From positions 1 through 63,809 of the forward strand of contig JAWSVD010000004.1 in assembly GCA_033852095.1 (NCBI GenBank): DNA of 63,809 nucleotides, read 5' to 3'. The translations under genes and the position numbers were made by a program. This DNA comes from Granulosicoccaceae bacterium. GTDB taxonomy: Bacteria > Pseudomonadota > Gammaproteobacteria > CALCKW01. Below are positions 59,488 through 63,809 of the stretch, piece by piece (positions within the stretch are counted from its first letter, which is position 1; each line of letters opens with the position of its first letter). The notes under the pieces are model-generated. The model was not told the DNA's origin. It was given only the letters and a program-made list of their open reading frames with translations, and did no database searches.

Positions 59488-59763
59488 ATGCTTATGCCTT
59501 CAATATCCATGTTTTATGGGCTGATTGTTTATATGTATTTTATGGACAACCGGCAGCACAAACTCCCGCATATTCACGTCAAGTACCAAGGCGATGAAGT
59601 GGTTGTACAGATTCCCGACGGCACCATTCTGGAAGGCAATATTCCTAACCCCAAAATGAAGCTACTTCAGGCTTGGGTAGAGCTGCATCAAGATGAGCTG
59701 ATGGCCGATTGGGATCTCGCGGTTGCTGGCGAGCAGCCTTACAAAATTGAGCCTTTGAGGTAG
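59488..59763 (+). CDS. DUF4160 (DhiT-like) toxin-antitoxin component
   Basis: MPSISMFYG..VYMY..D...H..PHIHV.Y; AWVELHQDELMADW; IEPLR. Confidence 0.88.
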   Translation: MLMPSISMFYGLIVYMYFMDNRQHKLPHIHVKYQGDEVVVQIPDGTILEGNIPNPKMKLLQAWVELHQDELMADWDLAVAGEQPYKIEPLR

Positions 59764-59767
59764 TGAT

Positions 59768-60028
59768 ATGAATCCGCGTGTGAAGAGTGTTGAGGCTTTG
59801 TCAGATTTTAAGCTACAAGTTCAGTTCAGCAATGATGAGCTGGGTGTTTATGATTGCTCGCATTTACTGGATTTTGGCGTCTTTAAAGAGCTTCAGGAAG
59901 TGAGCTATTTTCAGAGAGTGGCTGCTGTCGACGGTACTGTGTGCTGGCCTAATGAGCAGGATATTTGCCCGGATACTGTTTATTTGGATTCAGTGAAGAT
60001 CGCTCGTGGTTCGCTTAAGGTTGGGTAG
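59768..60028 (+). CDS. DUF2442 (DhiA-like) partner protein
   Basis: VKSVEAL.DFKL.V.FSN, GVF.EL....YF, GTV.WPNEQDICPDTVY; directly after DUF4160. Confidence 0.88.
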   Translation: MNPRVKSVEALSDFKLQVQFSNDELGVYDCSHLLDFGVFKELQEVSYFQRVAAVDGTVCWPNEQDICPDTVYLDSVKIARGSLKVG

Positions 60029-60030
60029 TC

Positions 60031-60265
60031 GTGGCTGCTGTTGAAGTTACCCGGATTTCTGCTGACGGTGTTTAATTGCTAACCGGTGGGCGTGAGCTGT
60101 TTATGGCTTATGATGACTTTCCTTGGTTTAAGAATGCGCCAGTTGGGCAGGTAATGAATGTTGAGGAGCCTTCGGCTGGGTGTTTTTATTGGCCTGAGCT
60201 GGGTGTTGATTTGAGCGTGGAGGTCCATTGAGAGTCCTGAGGATTATCCATTAAGGGCAATGTGA
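60031..60265 (+). pseudogene. Second DUF2442 gene, inactivated
   Basis: Manual translation VAAVEVTRISADGV*LLTGGRELFMAYDDFPWFKNAPVGQVMNVEEPSAGCFYWPELGVDLSVE / SIESPEDYPLRAM*; in-frame TAA at 60073 and a +1 frameshift near 60223. Confidence 0.85.
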
Positions 60266-60385
60266 GGACTGGCTTTGAGTTTGCCCGTTATAGTATTGCA
60301 GGTTTGTCAGAGGAAGTAGCTCGAAGCTAAGTTCGGCAGCGAAGAATTAGGTGTTTGTTGAAAGCCGTGACATTGTTCGTTTGTT

Positions 60386-60397
60386 GGACCTGACCCC
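60386..60397 (+). repeat. GGACCTGACCCC motif resembling ends associated with Y1/RAYT-like transposases
   Basis: Single copy, read directly; the family link rests on my pattern recall, not on a search. Confidence 0.4.
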
Positions 60398-60446
60398 GGG
60401 TTTCCCTTTCTGGCATACTGAACGCAGCAAACAGTAGGTAGGGTAT

Positions 60447-60671
60447 ATGGAACATCAAAGAATCACTTTAGATCCAGATAAGCGTGGCGGAAAGCCCTGC
60501 ATTCGCAACTTGCGCATTACCGTTTACGACGTGCTTGCTCAGTTTGCCGCAGGTGTCAGCCAGTCCGAAATACTCGAAGACTTCCCAGAGCTGGAAGAGC
60601 AAGACATTAGCGCTTGCTTGTCTTTTGCTGCTGACCGCGAGCACCGCGTCACAGGCATTCAGGCCGTATGA
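60447..60671 (+). CDS. DUF433 antitoxin (VapB45-like)
   Basis: RITLDP..RGGKPCIRNLRITVYDVL..G.S..EILEDFPELE.QDI.ACL.FAA. Confidence 0.92.
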   Translation: MEHQRITLDPDKRGGKPCIRNLRITVYDVLAQFAAGVSQSEILEDFPELEEQDISACLSFAADREHRVTGIQAV

Positions 60672-61001
60672 AGCTGTTACTCGACGAGAACTTATCTCGT
60701 CGAGTAGTGCATCTGTTGGTCACCGATTTCCCCGGCACTACTCAAATTGCGCTGCAGGGCATGGAGCAGGCGTCCGACAGCGAAATTTGGCAATTCGCCC
60801 GCGACAACGACTTCGTTATTGTGACAAAAGATGCCGATTTTTATGAATTGAGTGCTTTTGCACGGCGCGCCCCCTAAAGTTATTTGGCTGAAGACAGGCA
60901 ATGTAGCTAAGGCTGAGATCGTCAGTGTTTTGCTGGGGAATCGAGAGGCTATTGAAGAGGCTCTAGCGTCGATCGTGGTGAATTGTGTTGAGCTGTATTG
61001 A
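60668..61001 (+). pseudogene. DUF5615 PIN-like toxin (VapC45-like), frameshifted
   Basis: MKLLLDENLS, DSEIW.FA, IVTKDADF; the family C-terminus LLHGAPPKVIWLKTGN...CVELY* continues in the +1 frame after ~60854. Confidence 0.88.
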
Positions 61002-61245
61002 TGGCATTGACTACCAGTGAGCCATGGCCACTCGCGCAGAACGTCAAATGTGATGATGAGTCGCTGATTGTTGAGGTGCTGGATGGGCGGGTTATTTCTG
61101 TGCCTTTGATTTGGTTTCCATTGTTGGTTGAGGCAATGCTGAGCAGCGCGGGAACTGGGTGCTTCTTGGGGATGGTGAGGGGGTGCATTGGCCGGAGCTG
61201 GATGAGGACTTGAGTGTTGCTGGGTTGTTGGCTGGGGTTCGGTGA
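61001..61245 (+). pseudogene. Third DUF2442 gene, frameshifted
   Basis: L.DGR.ISVPL.WFP.L; after a shift near 61135 it continues EQRGNWVLLGDGEGVHWPELDEDLSVAGLLAG. Confidence 0.88.
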
Positions 61246-61347
61246 AAATAGAGTTTGTTAAAGCTTTACGATTAGTTCTGACCTTGCTACAAGTTTTTAG
61301 TGTGAATTTTATATTTGGCTGGAATAATATTCAGCGAGGATTTTTTA

Positions 61348-63141
61348 GTGGATGAGGTATTGGTTCAAGTAACAGCGAGTGTGATAAATCACCAGATCGA
61401 TGGTGTTACTTCCAGGCTTTCAGGAGAAATCAAGTCTTTTTGGATGCAGCACTTAGCATCTTTTAGAAAATATATTAATAGTGCTAACAAAAGGTACGAA
61501 GTGACGAAAACGCTACTGTATAAAGATCAAGCAGTGCCGCTTCGTGATCTATATGTAGGCACTGGCTTAAGGCGAGGGCGTAAAGAAGTAACAGAGATTG
61601 AGTTTGTTGAACAGCTTTTACAGGGAAACCGGTGTTTGGTAAGTGCAACAGCAGGCGCAGGGAAATCTTTTTTTTCAAAATGGTTGTTTTTAAAAATTCT
61701 TTCAACAAAAAATTCTATTCCGTTAATTATAGAACTTCGAAATTTGAATGGTACTGGCCTCGGTTTTATTGATTATCTTATAAGTGACTTAAAGAGCAAC
61801 TTCGAAATATCGATGACATCAAGTGAACTTATAAAGCTTATCGAGAGCGGAAAATTCACATTAATACTCGATGGATATGATGAATTAACAGCTGAAAGAA
61901 TCAATGCAGTGAACTCTGAGCTGCTTTCACTTGAAGTGCCTTTCGCTGAGTCCTCTATCGTAATAACGACTAGACCTGGTGGTGAAAATATAGAGTATTT
62001 ATCTGGTTTCACTACGTATCAAGTGCTGCCACTTAAGCTTTCTCAAGCAATATCTTTAGTTAAAAAGCTTAAATATGATGAGAAAGTAAAAAAATCGTTT
62101 CTTCTTAACTTAGAAAATGAGCTTTTCAATAAACACAAAGATTTCCTGTCAAATCCACTACTACTTACCATTATGTTAATGACGTATGGTGATTTGGCTG
62201 AAATTCCTTCCAAAATGCACATTTTCTATGAGCAGGCGTTCGATACATTATTTTATCGCCACGATTCGTCGAAAGGTATGTATCGTCGAGAGCTTAAGTG
62301 TCAGCTCGCCATCGATGATTTTAAAGGTATATTGTCTTGTGTTTCAGCATCTAGTTACATCCGAGGGCAAGTTACACTAACAAATACTGACTTGGTTGCG
62401 TTTATAAGAAAAGCGAAACAAACAGCTAATGTTAATAAGCTAAATCCAAGAAAATACATCGATGATTTGGTGCAGTCGGTCTGTTTGTTGTTAGAGGATG
62501 GTACAAAGTACACATATAACCATAGAAGTTTCCAAGAGTATTTCGCTGCACTTTTCTTGATTCAGATTCCAACCGAAAGAAAAACGGAGGTTTATAAGCG
62601 ATTCCTTAGCAAAGAGGGAACAGATAATGCGCTTTCACTTGCTTTTGAAATGAACCAATCAATGGTCGAGAGAGAATTTGTGAAACCAATGCTGGAATCA
62701 CTTTTGGAAGTTTCAACTACACCTGAGGCATTAATCTGCGCTTGTATGTCTGGTATAAATTTAGAACGTCGAGTGAAAAGTCGAATGGTTGATGGCAAGC
62801 GCGTCAAACAACTCGGTATGCCAACATACCGTGTGTTAGATGAAACGGATTATTGGAAGTTTCAAATATATGTAGAACACATGTATCAAAAAGAAGCTAA
62901 GAAGCATATAAAATTCGGGGTGTTAACAAAAAAATCATTTGTTGAAGAGTTTGGCAAACTTGAATATCGCGAAACAATTGACTTCGAAAATGAATTATGT
63001 CCAATATCCAGTTCAAAATTGGAAAGACTCGGTATAACGGAGGTTAGCAAAAATCGTCTCGAGTTTCTTCACTGGTTAATTAAAGACATTAATGTTAGAG
63101 AGCAGCGCACTGGTGACTCAAACCTTGAAACTTGGTTGTAG
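61348..63141 (+). CDS. NACHT-family (STAND) NTPase, probable anti-phage bNACHT-type protein
   Basis: Walker A ATAGAGKS, Walker B LILDGYDE, ITTRP, NPLLLT, HRSFQEYFAA. Markedly AT-rich. GTG 61348 follows GAGGA. Confidence 0.88.
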   Translation: MDEVLVQVTASVINHQIDGVTSRLSGEIKSFWMQHLASFRKYINSANKRYEVTKTLLYKDQAVPLRDLYVGTGLRRGRKEVTEIEFVEQLLQGNRCLVSATAGAGKSFFSKWLFLKILSTKNSIPLIIELRNLNGTGLGFIDYLISDLKSNFEISMTSSELIKLIESGKFTLILDGYDELTAERINAVNSELLSLEVPFAESSIVITTRPGGENIEYLSGFTTYQVLPLKLSQAISLVKKLKYDEKVKKSFLLNLENELFNKHKDFLSNPLLLTIMLMTYGDLAEIPSKMHIFYEQAFDTLFYRHDSSKGMYRRELKCQLAIDDFKGILSCVSASSYIRGQVTLTNTDLVAFIRKAKQTANVNKLNPRKYIDDLVQSVCLLLEDGTKYTYNHRSFQEYFAALFLIQIPTERKTEVYKRFLSKEGTDNALSLAFEMNQSMVEREFVKPMLESLLEVSTTPEALICACMSGINLERRVKSRMVDGKRVKQLGMPTYRVLDETDYWKFQIYVEHMYQKEAKKHIKFGVLTKKSFVEEFGKLEYRETIDFENELCPISSSKLERLGITEVSKNRLEFLHWLIKDINVREQRTGDSNLETWL

Positions 63142-63144
63142 CAT

Positions 63145-63166
63145 AGGAAGTTAAAAGGAAGTTAAA
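63145..63166. repeat. 11-bp tandem duplication AGGAAGTTAAA x2 at the NACHT / element-end junction
   Basis: Copies at 63145-63155 and 63156-63166. Confidence 0.85.
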
Positions 63167-63694
63167 AGAGACAGGCACTGGAAAGAAAGCGTTCTGATGC
63201 GAATGATTGCTTTTTCTCAGTTTGGTTTTGGCTTGTCCGGTGGTTTTTCAACGGATCACGGTGATCTGTATCTGAACTGAAGCGATGGCGTCGGGGTGAG
63301 GGCGTGCGGGGTTGTTGGGTGTTGATGGCGCGGTGTTTTGTTTGTCGCGGGCTTGTTTGCTTTAGCCAGAGCCGGCTTTTAGTCTAGGCCGGCGATGTTG
63401 ATGTTCGCTGCTGGCCCAGAGGCCGAAGGCTGTTTCGAAGTTGAGCGCGATGTCTTCCCATGTGTCGGGATCGATGTTGAGGCGCTTGAGAATCGGTGGC
63501 AGGGTGTCGTCTATCTTGCCGCGTTTGTCTTGGCGGACGATGCGACCAGTGGCTTCGAGGAGTTTAAACAAATTAAAAGAGACAGGCACTGGAAAGAAAA
63601 GCTTTTCACATGTTTGATGGCTTGTTCTTGATTTGGTTTTGGCTTCTTTTGCGGGTTTTCAGAACTATTAAGAGAGACAGGCACTGGAAAGAAA
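63167..63694. repeat. Three direct copies of the 22-bp motif AGAGACAGGCACTGGAAAGAAA (63167-63188, 63578-63599, 63673-63694)
   Basis: Exact copies read directly; copies 1 and 2 share further diverged similarity for about 60 bp (TTTGGTTTTGGCTT). Confidence 0.92.
63362..63570 (-). mobile_element. C-terminal remnant of a Y1/HUH (REP-associated, IS200-superfamily-like) transposase
   Basis: LLEATGRIVRQDKRGKIDDTLPPILKRLNIDPDTW..IALNFE resembles the L.LVDWTGR.IR.DKRG.I....PPIL.RL.I...W tail I recall for the ~320-aa gammaproteobacterial Y1 transposases. The catalytic N-terminus is absent. Confidence 0.7.
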
Positions 63695-63809
63695 GCGGTT
63701 ACGAGCGTTGTCAAGATAGTTGACCGTTTTATCTATGCGACTTCTTTAAGTTTCTCGTCCGGTTTATCCGTTTTAGTCTCAGGGTTCAACCCAGGGCAAC
63801 CGCATCAAA

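Noticed and set aside
59437-61300. Integron cassette array
   Set aside because: I found no attC-like RYYYAAC...GTTRRRY hairpins between the genes and no intI in the window.
63167-63694. Three 22-bp repeats as a CRISPR array
   Set aside because: Spacing is irregular (about 410 and 95 bp), the repeat is not palindromic, one interval encodes a transposase fragment, and no cas genes are present.

Overview
Chromosomal window from a GC-rich bacterium, probably a gammaproteobacterium (one-piece tmRNA, large fused PurL, GlyGly-CTERM protein). Bases 1-20037 are the 3' half of an NRPS biosynthetic cluster. It holds a 5'-truncated NRPS of more than 4600 aa, [C]-A-T-C-A-T-E*-C-A-T-E*-C-A-T, with two beta-alanine-type A domains, two decayed epimerisation domains and no TE. 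It also holds a stand-alone His-less C-like protein, a kynurenine-3-monooxygenase-like flavoenzyme, an MFS exporter and a type II thioesterase. The middle (20-59 kb) is mostly housekeeping: LysR, peptide ABC, RND/MFP, selU with an oxidoreductase-SelD fusion, polar amino acid ABC, Omp85-like protein, amn, orphan response regulator, ssrA, GntR-TRAP-dld lactate module, arfB, ansA, a lipoprotein, a surface-anchored copper-radical oxidase, and purL. A variable hotspot follows purL (59.4-63.8 kb): stacked, partly decayed toxin-antitoxin cassettes (DUF4160/DUF2442, DUF433/DUF5615), a low-GC NACHT defence-type gene, and a Y1/HUH (RAYT-like) transposase remnant with three copies of a 22-bp end motif. 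A sharp G/T strand skew runs through this hotspot and extends into the last ~50 codons of purL. All family assignments come from motif recognition by eye; no searches were run.
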